The notes: a model not told the origin generated them from the letters alone. A stretch of 64,000 nucleotides of DNA from Alphaproteobacteria bacterium bin98 (GCA_002238905.1 MPNG01000004.1:8461-72460); one strand, 5' to 3'; shown: positions 19,461 to 29,687, counted from the first letter of the stretch. Translations and numbers: made by a program.

Positions 19461-21233
19461 CTATTGACAGCTTAAGCACTCATCTTTTTCGTCTATGAGA
19501 GAGGCGCTTTCCGATGAAAACGCGCTCTCTGCTCTTTGAGCAGATTTTGAGCGTAAATAATAAAGGCTTTTAACACCTTTTTCCCATGCGCGCATATGAA
19601 CTGCGTGTAAGTCGCGCTTATGCACATCATGGGGTAAAAAGATATTAAGGGATTGAGATTGACAGATAAATGGCTGACGATCTGCTGCGTGATCGACAAG
19701 CCACCTTTGGTCCATTTCAAAAGCGGTTTTGAAGACAGCTTTTTCGTAAGGTGTCAAGAAATTCAAGTGTTGCACTGAACCTTCGTGGGCAAAAATGTTG
19801 GTCCACATTTCTTCGGTGTTTTGTCCTTTTTCTTCAAGAAGCTCTTCTAAATAAGGGTTTTTGACAGCGAAGGATCCAGCTAGTGTTTTGTGTGTGTAGG
19901 CGTTGGCCACACGTGGTTCAATGCCAGGCGATGTTCCGCCGCAAATAATAGAAATAGAAGCCGTGGGCGCAATAGCAAAAATATTAGAAAAACGTAGCTC
20001 GTGTCCGCACTCTTCTGCGTCAGGACAAGCGCCTTTTTCGATGGCGAGCTTGTGAGAAGTGCGTACTCCTTGCTCGTGTAGTGACTGAAATATCTTCATA
20101 TTCCAGGCCTTGGCTGTTGCGCTTTCCATCGGAACTTTATTTTTTTGCAGGAATGAGTGCCATCCCATGACACCTAATCCAATAGAGCGTTCGCGTTGTG
20201 CTGCGTAAACGGCTTTGGACATTTCGGAGGGCGCCTTTTTAATAAAGTCATCAAGCACATTATCCAAAAAGCGAATGCAGTCTTCAATAAATAGAGGATC
20301 ATTGCACCACTCGTCGTAGTGCTCGAGGTTTACAGAAGACAAACAGCACACGGCCGTGCGCTGATTGCCTAGATGATCAATGCCTGTAGGCAATGTGATT
20401 TCAGAGCACAAGTTAGACATTTTGACATCAAGTCCTAGTTCTTTATGATGCTCTGGAATATTTTTATTAACATGATCAATAAAAAGAAGGTAGGGCTCAC
20501 CTGTTTCTAAGCGACAGGTGAGTAAGCGAATCCATAAAGAACGTGCGCTTACGTTGCGCATTGCTTCTCGAGTAAAGGGGCTGATCAGCGCCCATTGCTC
20601 ATTGTTGCGTACAGCTTCCATGAACGCATCTGAGATAACAACTGCGTGGTGTACGTGTAACGCTTTACGTGTGAGATCGCCGCCTGTTGGTTTGCGGATT
20701 TCGATAAACTCTTCAATTTCTGGGTGATCAATAGGGAGATAAATAGCGGCTGATCCTCGGCGTAAGTTTCCTTGAGATATCGCGAGTGTGAGGGAGTCCA
20801 TAACTTTAATAAAAGGAATAATTCCCGAGGTTTTTCCGTGTTTAATGTTTTCACCGATGGACCGAAGGTTTCCCCAGTAACTGCCGATGCCTCCGCCGCG
20901 TGATGCCAGCCAAACATTTTCTTCCCATAAATCCAAAATGCCACGCAAGCTATCTGTGGCTTCATTAAGAAAACACGATATAGGCAATCCTCTGCTTGAG
21001 CCACCATTCGAGAGAACAGGCGTGGCGGGCATAAACCAAAGATGAGAGATATATTTATAAAGCCTTTCTCCATGCTCTGGAGAATCGCTGTAATAAAAAG
21101 CTACCCTACGAAAGGCGTCTTGCAGGCTTTCACCCGGCAAAAGATAGCGATCCTTTAAAACTGTTTTGCCAAAATCTGTTAAAAGATCATTAAGGTGGGT
21201 AAAGTTTCTAAATTTAATCTTTCGATTTAGCAT
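19461..21233 (-). CDS. nrdA: ribonucleotide reductase class Ia alpha subunit, no ATP-cone
   Basis: 590 aa; all-alpha and barrel domains; C-terminal CLSCQ tail; no N-terminal ATP-cone. Confidence 0.9.
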   Translation of the reverse strand: MLNRKIKFRNFTHLNDLLTDFGKTVLKDRYLLPGESLQDAFRRVAFYYSDSPEHGERLYKYISHLWFMPATPVLSNGGSSRGLPISCFLNEATDSLRGILDLWEENVWLASRGGGIGSYWGNLRSIGENIKHGKTSGIIPFIKVMDSLTLAISQGNLRRGSAAIYLPIDHPEIEEFIEIRKPTGGDLTRKALHVHHAVVISDAFMEAVRNNEQWALISPFTREAMRNVSARSLWIRLLTCRLETGEPYLLFIDHVNKNIPEHHKELGLDVKMSNLCSEITLPTGIDHLGNQRTAVCCLSSVNLEHYDEWCNDPLFIEDCIRFLDNVLDDFIKKAPSEMSKAVYAAQRERSIGLGVMGWHSFLQKNKVPMESATAKAWNMKIFQSLHEQGVRTSHKLAIEKGACPDAEECGHELRFSNIFAIAPTASISIICGGTSPGIEPRVANAYTHKTLAGSFAVKNPYLEELLEEKGQNTEEMWTNIFAHEGSVQHLNFLTPYEKAVFKTAFEMDQRWLVDHAADRQPFICQSQSLNIFLPHDVHKRDLHAVHMRAWEKGVKSLYYLRSKSAQRAESAFSSESASLIDEKDECLSCQ

Positions 21234-21451
21234 TCACACTCCCTGTGTGTTCATTATAACCTATAGTATATGTGCTTCTTGATATAATCAAATGCGCTAT
21301 ATATAGTATATATGATCGTTTATTTTTACACAAAATGCAGCATCGATGACACTGCATATAGTGTTGCCCTCACAGCGGGGGGCATGATCACAGGATACAC
21401 AAAAAAAAGTGCCTTGTTAAGTCTTGACTTCCTTTTTTGTTGAGCTCCTCC

Positions 21452-22606
21452 TTACACGTAGTGGGATATGTTAGCCTTTCTTTGGTGGAGTGGTAGTTCA
21501 TTTGAGGCGACTTCTCCGGCTGCGTGGTGAGGGTGGGGAGTCACTGTTCGATCATGCACTAATGCTGCCGTCACAGCTTGTTTGACGTTTAGTATGATGC
21601 CACCGCTTAAGCGACGCTTTAAATCTGGTTGCGCTGTCGAATTTGATTGTGAGTTTATGCAAACTGCTGCGCATGAAAAACGGCGCCCTTTTTGTTGTAC
21701 AGCTTTTCTTTTTGCATCTTGATCCATTTCTCTAATTAGGGCAGCGATGTTTAAAGTTATGTCTTTGACATCATCCTCTTTTTCGGTTTCTAGTACATAA
21801 GCCAAGTGTGGAGCTTGAGTTAAGAGCATAGCCGTCACAATGTGTAGTGGAGAGCCTCCGTTTTGTGCTATTAACAATCTGTTTAGTGCAGGAACTAGGC
21901 TAGCAGAGTCATTAAACGAAAATGGTCTAGGTATAAAATTGACAATAGACATGTTAGTTTGAAGATCACGAGATTCATCCTCTTTCTTTGTAACTTGCAT
22001 ATCAAGACATGCTTGCTGTGCTTCGAGAAGAATTTCGTGGTGTGATTTCTTATCCCTAGAATCAATAGAAGCTTGTATTTTTTCTGGGGAGAGGCGCGTT
22101 TTCAAATGATTGTTTAAAGACTCAGCGGTTTTCCAAAGGCTTGAGAAAAGTGGCCAAGTGGTCTTTTTTGTCAAACTCATGCACTCAGATGCTCTTCTTT
22201 TAGCTGTGTGGACGGTCTGTGTTATAGCACTGTATGCAGACCAGCCCTCAAGTGCTTGTGTATTAGCTGCTATCTGATCTATTTCATCTGCAAGCGCTTT
22301 TAACTCCTTGCTAACTTGTAGGATTTCTGGGGTCATACCCTTATCTGTATCTTCCATATATGACAAATGCGATTGAGCTGTTGGGGGTGCGAGGTGCATG
22401 TCGTCTTGATAGTCGTCTTGATAGTCGTCTTGATTCATGTGCCCACGAGGTGGAAAGCAGTGTGCTAAAAAATTCGACCTTCTTTCTTGGATTTCATTTT
22501 GTTCACAAGTAAGTTGTACGTTGTGAGTCCAAGGTGCATAGGTATAGGTGGCGCACCTGCATGTTGCATGTGCAATAAAGACACATATTGGAAAAAAATA
22601 AGACAT
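21452..22606 (-). CDS. hypothetical secreted protein with DYQDD x3 repeat, low-GC
   Basis: signal-like N-term MSYFFPICVFIAHA; 12-nt triple repeat at 22401-22436; no domain recognised. Confidence 0.5.
   Translation of the reverse strand: MSYFFPICVFIAHATCRCATYTYAPWTHNVQLTCEQNEIQERRSNFLAHCFPPRGHMNQDDYQDDYQDDMHLAPPTAQSHLSYMEDTDKGMTPEILQVSKELKALADEIDQIAANTQALEGWSAYSAITQTVHTAKRRASECMSLTKKTTWPLFSSLWKTAESLNNHLKTRLSPEKIQASIDSRDKKSHHEILLEAQQACLDMQVTKKEDESRDLQTNMSIVNFIPRPFSFNDSASLVPALNRLLIAQNGGSPLHIVTAMLLTQAPHLAYVLETEKEDDVKDITLNIAALIREMDQDAKRKAVQQKGRRFSCAAVCINSQSNSTAQPDLKRRLSGGIILNVKQAVTAALVHDRTVTPHPHHAAGEVASNELPLHQRKANISHYV
22401..22436. repeat. 12-nt direct repeat x3 (tcgtcttgatag) inside CDS
   Basis: read directly from sequence. 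Confidence 0.9.
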
Positions 22607-22721
22607 AATGAACCCCCTGGATCAACATACATCAAGTTGAGTGCTGGTACAATTAAAGTAAGCATTGTCTTTGCGCTGCTTCGTTTTGTATGATATTTGA
22701 CATATCATTTATCTCCAGCAA

Positions 22722-24164
22722 CTATTCAAAGGTTTTGCTTTTAAAGGTTTGCGCAAATGCCGCGAGAATCTCAAGGATATTTCTCGCTTTTGTTGGGATA
22801 GGGCCTATCTTATCAGAAAGAACTGCTATTTGATCTGGAGCGCTAGGAAGATCTTGAGCGTTTTTTTTGCAAGCTTTCCACAAAAGACGTATAGTGTTAA
22901 AAACTTCCTCTGTGTTGTTTCGTAAAATATCCATAACGCTATACAAATCTTGAGCGCATGTTTTTTTAGCTTGCTTGTCTAGTTTATCGGACATGCAAAG
23001 AACAAAATGCGCTATGTCGCAAAGAGGTTGAGTGGAGTCGGTGTTTGGTTGAAGAAAATTGAGGTTTGTTAAAAGGTAGCCTGCATTTTCCAACACTGCC
23101 CAAGAGGAGTGATTATCTCGTGACACCCGAGCAGTACTAGCGGTGCAATTCTTCTTGAGAAAAAGAGGCTCCATATATGTATGAATGTTTAAAAGAGAGT
23201 CGTTCAAGATCGTTAACGTTACTACTGCGTGAACATCTACTAATGATGGTTGTGAAAATATTTGTTCTAGAAAGGAAAACATTATGTCTGCTATGATGAA
23301 AAAAGAATCGCACCTCATTGTTTTTTGATCCATAAAGCACTGTTGTGGGCACCTATCAAAAATTTTTCTGCATGCCATTAAAATGTTTTTGACGGCGTGT
23401 GCAAAGCTTGCTTCACTCATAGTTATGTCGCGCTGTGCGACCATGTGTGATTCATTCAGCGCACTTGTCAGAGGATCCTCTCCAACAAAAAATGGAGATC
23501 CTGCGACACTTTTTGGATCATTTGGTGCACTTCTTGATGCTTTGACACTCAAGAGGAATCTGCGTCCCATTGAATCACCGAAGTCGCCTTCCCATTGAGG
23601 GCTTCCGCTAGATGTTGAATGAACGCAGGAGTGGTCTCTGGGAGGGAATCTGGCGCTTTTTGATGGATAATTTGTGGGAGAGAAGCTGGCGCTTTTGAAT
23701 GGATAATTGGTGGGAGAGAAGCTGGCGCTTTTGGATGGAGAAGCAGGACTTGCTAGGTGGCGGTCGGGAAGTGCAGGGGTATAGCTAAAGAGTCCCAACC
23801 CATTTACAAAGGAGGAAGAGTGCGAATCTTGCAGCGACAAATGAAGCGTTTCTGGGGTAGGTTTTGGCGAAGAAGGTGAAATGAAAAAGCTAGCTACTCT
23901 GGTTAAGTTTTGTGTTGTGGATGTTACAGAGCCTTGTCGAAAAAACAAAGATTTTTCAGATAGTTGTGCAACAATAAGATCGCTTTTTGCGATTGGAAAA
24001 GTGCTCCTTCTTCTGCATTGGTAGGTTGGAAAGTCCAGGGTGTTGGCGGTGTGGATCATTACTTGATCGCTTTGGCTTCGATTTGGTCCATCTTTTGCTG
24101 CATCAGACGCTATAAGCGTAGAGCTAATCCATAAAAAAATGCTGTATGCGATCAAATGTGCCAT
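22722..24164 (-). CDS. hypothetical secreted protein with tandem 12-aa repeats (SASFSPTNYPxK)
   Basis: signal-like N-term; 36-nt tandem array in frame; about 35% GC. Confidence 0.5.
   Translation of the reverse strand: MAHLIAYSIFLWISSTLIASDAAKDGPNRSQSDQVMIHTANTLDFPTYQCRRRSTFPIAKSDLIVAQLSEKSLFFRQGSVTSTTQNLTRVASFFISPSSPKPTPETLHLSLQDSHSSSFVNGLGLFSYTPALPDRHLASPASPSKSASFSPTNYPFKSASFSPTNYPSKSARFPPRDHSCVHSTSSGSPQWEGDFGDSMGRRFLLSVKASRSAPNDPKSVAGSPFFVGEDPLTSALNESHMVAQRDITMSEASFAHAVKNILMACRKIFDRCPQQCFMDQKTMRCDSFFIIADIMFSFLEQIFSQPSLVDVHAVVTLTILNDSLLNIHTYMEPLFLKKNCTASTARVSRDNHSSWAVLENAGYLLTNLNFLQPNTDSTQPLCDIAHFVLCMSDKLDKQAKKTCAQDLYSVMDILRNNTEEVFNTIRLLWKACKKNAQDLPSAPDQIAVLSDKIGPIPTKARNILEILAAFAQTFKSKTFE
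23645..23740. repeat. 36-nt tandem repeat, about 2.7 copies, in-frame within CDS
   Basis: ggaatctggcgctttttgatggataatttgtgggag / agaagctggcgcttttgaatggataattggtgggag / agaagctggcgcttttggatggag. Confidence 0.9.
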
Positions 24165-25101
24165 ATGCCACCTCTTGTGCGTAAGTGTTACCTTGGTTTA
24201 ACACATCAAGCACGAAGGAGCGATCTCTTATGAGATCATGATATTTTGCTTGAATTGGATTTAAAAAAAGAAACATCTCCTCCATCAACATCTCTTTAAG
24301 ATTTTTGCATGATTGCACTGTTTGTAAAATTTCAGTCATGCTCTGATTTTTTAGAACTGAGAGCAGAGAAAGCAGGTTGGTCATCTCAGGTCGTCCTACC
24401 AAATCTGAGGGTGTGTTGGGCCAGGGTTCTGAGTCTGTTTTTGCTCCTTTGATTTTACGAACGATAGCATCTCGTGTGTCGGTCATCAGTAGGCGCGAAA
24501 GTTCAGATGGGTCTGATTTGCTCATTTTGGCAGTGCCATCTTTTAAGCTCATAACGCGAGTGTTGCTTTTCCCCATCATAGGCTCAGGTATAACAAACAG
24601 ATCTTTTTCAGCTAATCCATTAACACGCAGCGCAAGATCACGAGTAAATTCTATGTGTTGTTTTTGATCTTCACCTACAGGCACTAGGTGTGCATCATAG
24701 AGCAAAATATCCGCAGCCATGAGTACAGGGTAGGTGTAAAGCCCTAATGATTCATCTTTTGCTTTGTTATCTTTAAACTGGGTCATGCGGTTGAGCCACC
24801 CTAGAGGTGTTTTGGTAGCAAGAAGCCACAAGAGTTGTGTGTGATAGGGAACACTGCTTTGAATGAATAATGTACTCTGTTTGGGGTCGATACCGCAAGC
24901 AAGGTACATGGCGGCAGTTTCAAAAGACGCTTGAGCAAGTGATGTGTGGTAATTAGCAGTGAGTGAATGCAGGTCTACAATGCAAAAGAAACACTCATTC
25001 TCTTTTTGCAAAGATACCCATTGGTGAATTGCTCCAAAGTAATTTCCAATATGAAGGGGGCTGGGTTGTATGCCAGAAAGAATACGCTTTGTTACTGTCA
25101 T
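24124..25101 (-). CDS. trpS: tryptophan--tRNA ligase
   Basis: start set at MTVTKRILSGIQPSPLHIGNYFG (HIGH-class); KMSKS-like KMSKSD. Confidence 0.9.
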   Translation of the reverse strand: MTVTKRILSGIQPSPLHIGNYFGAIHQWVSLQKENECFFCIVDLHSLTANYHTSLAQASFETAAMYLACGIDPKQSTLFIQSSVPYHTQLLWLLATKTPLGWLNRMTQFKDNKAKDESLGLYTYPVLMAADILLYDAHLVPVGEDQKQHIEFTRDLALRVNGLAEKDLFVIPEPMMGKSNTRVMSLKDGTAKMSKSDPSELSRLLMTDTRDAIVRKIKGAKTDSEPWPNTPSDLVGRPEMTNLLSLLSVLKNQSMTEILQTVQSCKNLKEMLMEEMFLFLNPIQAKYHDLIRDRSFVLDVLNQGNTYAQEVAYGTFDRIQHFFMD

Positions 25102-25895
25102 TTTTCTTTGGGAGGAGGGGTGTATCGAACAAGTTTTTTGAGTTTTTCTAGTCGCATTAATGCCTTGGGTGCTAGATATTTTTCTAGCTCTGCGACATCT
25201 GTAATCAGCAAGCATAAAAATTCTCTAAGATCTCTGGGATTGGATTTTGTACGCATACTTTCTGCTTTATTTCTTAAACTAGGGAGTATAGCAACACCCT
25301 CCATTGCAAAGTCACGCAAATATAAGCGCAGCATACCGCTCTTGTGAGGAATAGCGTTGATGGTGAATGTTCCTTTGAGTACTTGGCCTGAATCTGTATT
25401 TAATGCAATATGCACGGTGTAAATGAAGCGATCGTTATTCCAAGCGCGCTGCTCAGGCGCTTCAATTGTTATAGAAGTGCCGCGTAGCGTGGCAATCATA
25501 GCAGAAATGCTGCGTGCCATAAAGATGGTGATAAGAGAGGATGTTAACCTTAACCATCCTGGATTAACGTTGCTGAGGGCTTTGAGCGTTGGGGCAAACT
25601 TTCGTCCTAGCGTAGGGGACAAGATACTGTTGGGATCAAAGAGCTCTTCGGAGAGGGCGCGTACTTGTTCCCACAAGACAAAGGCATCGACATTTTGATC
25701 ATCAGAGAGGCGTTTGTATCTTGCGTGAATGTTGGTGACAAAAGCATGGATTGTCTGTTCTGTTTTTGCTGCTATAACTTCTGAATTTGGAATTTGTATA
25801 AAAAAACCTTTTTTGGTTGTGTTTGGTGTGCAGGAAGGAGCGCTCATCAAAGTTCCGCTTATGCTCATTAACATTATCAGAATATGCTTCATCAT
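25098..25895 (-). CDS. mlaC: MlaC-like (Ttg2D) periplasmic phospholipid-binding protein
   Basis: signal peptide; motifs IEAPEQ and DFAMEGVAIL match E. coli MlaC IAPEQ / DMIAEGVSMI; adjacent to mlaA. Confidence 0.55.
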   Translation of the reverse strand: MMKHILIMLMSISGTLMSAPSCTPNTTKKGFFIQIPNSEVIAAKTEQTIHAFVTNIHARYKRLSDDQNVDAFVLWEQVRALSEELFDPNSILSPTLGRKFAPTLKALSNVNPGWLRLTSSLITIFMARSISAMIATLRGTSITIEAPEQRAWNNDRFIYTVHIALNTDSGQVLKGTFTINAIPHKSGMLRLYLRDFAMEGVAILPSLRNKAESMRTKSNPRDLREFLCLLITDVAELEKYLAPKALMRLEKLKKLVRYTPPPKEK

Positions 25896-25906
25896 ATCTA
25901 CCTCTC

Positions 25907-26623
25907 TTAGAATATATCATCGTTTAAAGAATCATCTAAGTCTTGTGATGCTGTTTTACCAGAGGCTGTTTGTAGTGTGATATTCTTGACTTCGTTGTAC
26001 AGGGACAAGAAGTTTGGAGATACAGCATAGATTTGTCGGAAAGATGCTAAGTTATCAGAGCGTATTGTGATACCGCGTTGCGCTATGATCGCAGGATCGT
26101 TGTAGCCAAGGATGATGCCAGGGTTAAGAATAAAGTCAATAATATTTGCACAGGATTTGCGAGCATAGCTAGGGCCCAATACTGGAACAACCAAGTAAGG
26201 TCCAGGCGGTAGACCCATGCCGCTCAGGGTGTCGTCGAAAGACGCTGTTTCACGAAGCAATCCTTTGCGAGAAGCTGGATCAAAAATACCGAATAGCCCC
26301 CAGATAGAGTTATAAAAAAAGCGTGTTATAGAGTGTAGAGCTGATTGTTTTTTGTGTTGGCAAATTTGGTTAAAAGCCGTGCCCGGCTCGCTAATGTTAT
26401 TAACAAAATTGCGCAACATTCCTTGCACAGATAGAGGAACGCGGTAGTGGTAAAAAACCGCTATAGGCTCAATGACGCTTTTATCGATAACCGTATTTAT
26501 GTATAACGAAGGCGCATTAATAATCAGTAAGGGATCTTCTTTTGGTGGGTCGTAACGATAACAGCCACACAAAAAAAATAGTAAAATATTCCAACAGATG
26601 AAGTGGTGGTGTTTAGGCTGCAT
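25907..26623 (-). CDS. mlaA: MlaA/VacJ family outer-membrane lipoprotein
   Basis: lipobox LFFLCGC; VacJ core with conserved F..N, GLFGIFD, PVLGPS. Confidence 0.75.
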   Translation of the reverse strand: MQPKHHHFICWNILLFFLCGCYRYDPPKEDPLLIINAPSLYINTVIDKSVIEPIAVFYHYRVPLSVQGMLRNFVNNISEPGTAFNQICQHKKQSALHSITRFFYNSIWGLFGIFDPASRKGLLRETASFDDTLSGMGLPPGPYLVVPVLGPSYARKSCANIIDFILNPGIILGYNDPAIIAQRGITIRSDNLASFRQIYAVSPNFLSLYNEVKNITLQTASGKTASQDLDDSLNDDIF

Positions 26624-27500
26624 TAAAAATACTCTGAAAACATGTGATCAGCGAATTCATTAATAAAGTGTTGTGCCAGTCGACTGGGTAGGAAAAGTAT
26701 ACGGAAAGCTTAAAATCTAATTCTGGCAACACTCTTTCCATGGAAACGGCTTGTTGATAAATTTTTAAAATTTCAGGGCTTGTAGAAATAATTCCTGTGC
26801 CACCTACGGCTGCTTGTAACAAGCCTGTTGTGGATTCAATAAATGTTACGTTATTTGATCCAAACAGATTGTATTTTTTTAGCGTTTTACATAAAGCAGA
26901 GTTTGAGGCGTGCGTAATAAAGTGGTGATAACGCAAATCCGTAATGGTGGTAGGTTTTCCGTATAAAGCAATGTATGCCTCAGAGGCCCAAAGGGATTGT
27001 GAAAAATCGCGCAAATGCACTTGCTTGATACAGTCTTTTTGAGTTTCATCCACATAAGCACCCAGTGTAAGTACGCCAATTTTTTCATCATGAGACATAA
27101 AGGCATTGCGTGGAAAAATATTTAGTTTGATTTGTGGTACAGCGTTATAAATCTTTGCAAGATTTGGGCAGACAAGAGCATCGCAAAGGCCACGAGATGA
27201 ATAGAGGCTAAATTCAACAATATCGTCAGGAAGGGCGTCGTGACGTACTTTTTTTTTCAGGTCTTCCAGTGCCTCAAGAACCGCAGGAGCTGATTTAACA
27301 ATTAAAGCGCCTTGCCGTGTTAATTGAAGCTGAATGCGTCGCTGCTTTCTTTGCACTAGCTGACAGGCAAATTCCTTCTCCATCTCCTTAATGACATGTG
27401 CTGCGTAAGCATGTACAGTTTTAGTTTCTTTTGCAAATTCTGCCAGAGAGTGGTACTTTACGATTTCTAAAAAGGTCCTTAAGTAATTAAGATTTTTCAT
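26613..27500 (-). CDS. LysR-family transcriptional regulator
   Basis: N-terminal wHTH LRTFLEIVKYHSLAEFAKETKTVHAYAAHVIKEME, about 295 aa. Confidence 0.8.
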   Translation of the reverse strand: MKNLNYLRTFLEIVKYHSLAEFAKETKTVHAYAAHVIKEMEKEFACQLVQRKQRRIQLQLTRQGALIVKSAPAVLEALEDLKKKVRHDALPDDIVEFSLYSSRGLCDALVCPNLAKIYNAVPQIKLNIFPRNAFMSHDEKIGVLTLGAYVDETQKDCIKQVHLRDFSQSLWASEAYIALYGKPTTITDLRYHHFITHASNSALCKTLKKYNLFGSNNVTFIESTTGLLQAAVGGTGIISTSPEILKIYQQAVSMERVLPELDFKLSVYFSYPVDWHNTLLMNSLITCFQSIFNAA

Positions 27501-27524
27501 GTATAGCCCTCAGCTTATTATCCT

Positions 27525-27992
27525 CTAAAAAGCGGCATTGTCAAAGTCAAATTCATTACTATAACACAGCTGTGCGCTCAGAACAATGCCTACAGCAACA
27601 GCAACGTTAAGAGATCGGGTGTTTTTTGCCATAGGAATATGCACAGAATGCGGTAAAGATTGGAAAATACTGTCAGGAACGCCAGTGCTTTCTTTGCCTG
27701 CTAGGATAATATCTGTGGGTTGAAAGTCAAATTGATGGAAGGGGGTATGGCCTTTGACATCTAGGAGCACAATGCGTTGGCCATGCGTATTTTCTAGGAA
27801 AGAATCCCAGTTTTGATGTTCTTGATAACTTACGTGCTCTTCATAATCCATTAACGCGCGCTGCATGCGTGGGCTTTTTAAAACAAATCCACAAGGATTA
27901 ATAATGTGTGCTTTGGTTTGAAAACAAGCGCATGTGCGCAAAGTGGTTCCTACATTTTGAGGAATTTCAGGCTGATATAAAGCAATGGGCAT
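27525..27992 (-). CDS. trmL: tRNA (cytidine/uridine-2'-O)-methyltransferase TrmL (SpoU family)
   Basis: 155 aa; N-term IALYQPEIPQNVGTTLRTCA; SPOUT C-terminal motifs. Confidence 0.8.
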   Translation of the reverse strand: MPIALYQPEIPQNVGTTLRTCACFQTKAHIINPCGFVLKSPRMQRALMDYEEHVSYQEHQNWDSFLENTHGQRIVLLDVKGHTPFHQFDFQPTDIILAGKESTGVPDSIFQSLPHSVHIPMAKNTRSLNVAVAVGIVLSAQLCYSNEFDFDNAAF

Positions 27993-28523
27993 TTAGTGTT
28001 TATGCAAAGAAGAGAGTTTGTGAATATGGTGCTTAGAGCTGAGTAGCGTAATGATGCTGGCCAACCAAAGCATGAGGTTGGCGTAACCAATACATGTTTC
28101 AAAGCAAAGTGTGCAAAGAAACAAAAGTAAAGCAAACATTTGTGCGGTGGTTTTAATACGACACAGCATATTTGGTTGATTTGTTTTTTTAACAGGTAGG
28201 TGTCTAATGGTGGCAATAAATAATTCGCGCCATAAAATTATGAGCGCTGGAATGAGAGTGATACCGCAAAGGGTTTGGTGCGCAGCAAGCGCTAGTATAA
28301 TAGAGAGAACCAATATTTTATCTGCGCACGCGTCCAGTAAGGCACCCAAAGCTGAGCATTTTTTCATAACGCGTGCACATAACCCATCCAAAAAGTCTGT
28401 GATTCCTGCGAAGATAAAAAGATATAGCGCAATGTATGTGTGGTTTTGCAGTATTGCCCATACAATAAAAGGTGTTATGAGTATGCGTGTGAGTGTGATA
28501 AAAATAGGAATGGTGGTAACCAT
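27993..28523 (-). CDS. pgsA: CDP-diacylglycerol--glycerol-3-phosphate 3-phosphatidyltransferase
   Basis: CDP-alcohol phosphatidyltransferase motif D-FLDG-CAR...G...D. Confidence 0.8.
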   Translation of the reverse strand: MVTTIPIFITLTRILITPFIVWAILQNHTYIALYLFIFAGITDFLDGLCARVMKKCSALGALLDACADKILVLSIILALAAHQTLCGITLIPALIILWRELFIATIRHLPVKKTNQPNMLCRIKTTAQMFALLLFLCTLCFETCIGYANLMLWLASIITLLSSKHHIHKLSSLHKH

Positions 28524-28577
28524 ACCTATATGCTAATCCAGAATGAGTCTTTTTGGCAAATGTTTTCGCTCTAATTT

Positions 28578-29687
28578 ATGCACACACTCTCTCCTATGAC
28601 TAAACAAAATACTCTATTGAAAAAAGTTGTCAAGTGGTACAAAGAGTTTTATACACCGCTTCCGTGGCGTGTGAGTCCTGGTAATGCGCATGACCCCTAT
28701 AAGGTCTGGGTGAGTGAGGTGATGCTGCAGCAAACCACTGTTGCGTTTGTACAAGATTATTATGTGCGTTTTATGGAACGTTTTCCCACCTTACAAGAGT
28801 TAGCGCTTGCATCACGCGAAGATGTTCTCTACATGTGGCGTGGATTGGGTTATTATCGCCGGGCACATAATTTGCATATGGCAGCACAAGAAGTGATGGA
28901 GCAATATGGAGGTGAGCTTCCCAGATGTGCTCGAGATCTTAAAGCTCTTTCTGGTATAGGAGAGTATACAGCGGGTGCTGTGATGAGCATTGCATGGCAG
29001 AAACCAGCGGTTGCTTTGGATACGAATGTTAAACGCATTATGGCACGTGTTTATGGTTATGATAGCGAGAATGTCAGGGATGTGAAGCAGATTTTAGAGG
29101 AAACACAGTGGTCGGTACCGCCTGGAGACTTTTATCAAGGCTTGATGGATATTGGGCGTTTGTTTTGTAAAAAAGCTCAACCAGATTGTGATTTGTGTCC
29201 TTTGAAGGAAATGTGTGTATTTTTTCAAGAAGGGATGGATGTGCCGAAGGTGGTGATTCAGAATAGAAAGGAGAAAAGCGCCTGTTTTTTTGTTTTGCGT
29301 AAGGAGGAGAGTATTTTTTTAGTACAAGGCGTTCCTGAAGGTAAAATGTTACAAGGAATGTATATTTTGCCCTCAACAGAGTGGTTATCTAATAAGCAAT
29401 TTCAGGCAGTACGTTCTGCGTGGCCTGTGTTTCTGCAAGAGCAAACTCAGCATTCTTTTAAGCATGTGTTTTCCCACTTTTGTTTGAACGTTTATGTGGC
29501 ACAGTCTCTGGAGAAGTTTAGTGGATTGTACACAAAAGGGGTTTGGTGCGCTAAGTTGGATCGCTCTCGTCTTCCGCTTTCGTCTCTGGCACAGAAGATT
29601 ATTGAGGTATCTGATCAGATGACTGTCCTATGCGCGAAAGGTCAATTTCAAAATGGCCTTTCTCCCCTGAAAAGAGCCCCTGCATAG
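28578..29687 (+). CDS. mutY: A/G-specific adenine DNA glycosylase MutY
   Basis: HhH-GPD core LPWR..DPYKVWVSEVMLQQT, 4Fe-4S Cys cluster CDLCPLKEMC, NUDIX-like C-term; alternative start at 28596. Confidence 0.9.
   Translation: MHTLSPMTKQNTLLKKVVKWYKEFYTPLPWRVSPGNAHDPYKVWVSEVMLQQTTVAFVQDYYVRFMERFPTLQELALASREDVLYMWRGLGYYRRAHNLHMAAQEVMEQYGGELPRCARDLKALSGIGEYTAGAVMSIAWQKPAVALDTNVKRIMARVYGYDSENVRDVKQILEETQWSVPPGDFYQGLMDIGRLFCKKAQPDCDLCPLKEMCVFFQEGMDVPKVVIQNRKEKSACFFVLRKEESIFLVQGVPEGKMLQGMYILPSTEWLSNKQFQAVRSAWPVFLQEQTQHSFKHVFSHFCLNVYVAQSLEKFSGLYTKGVWCAKLDRSRLPLSSLAQKIIEVSDQMTVLCAKGQFQNGLSPLKRAPA

Noticed and set aside
23645-23740. Tandem 36-nt repeats that could superficially suggest a CRISPR-like array
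   Set aside because: Units are contiguous with no spacers, in frame within a long ORF, and no cas genes are nearby. This is a coding tandem repeat.
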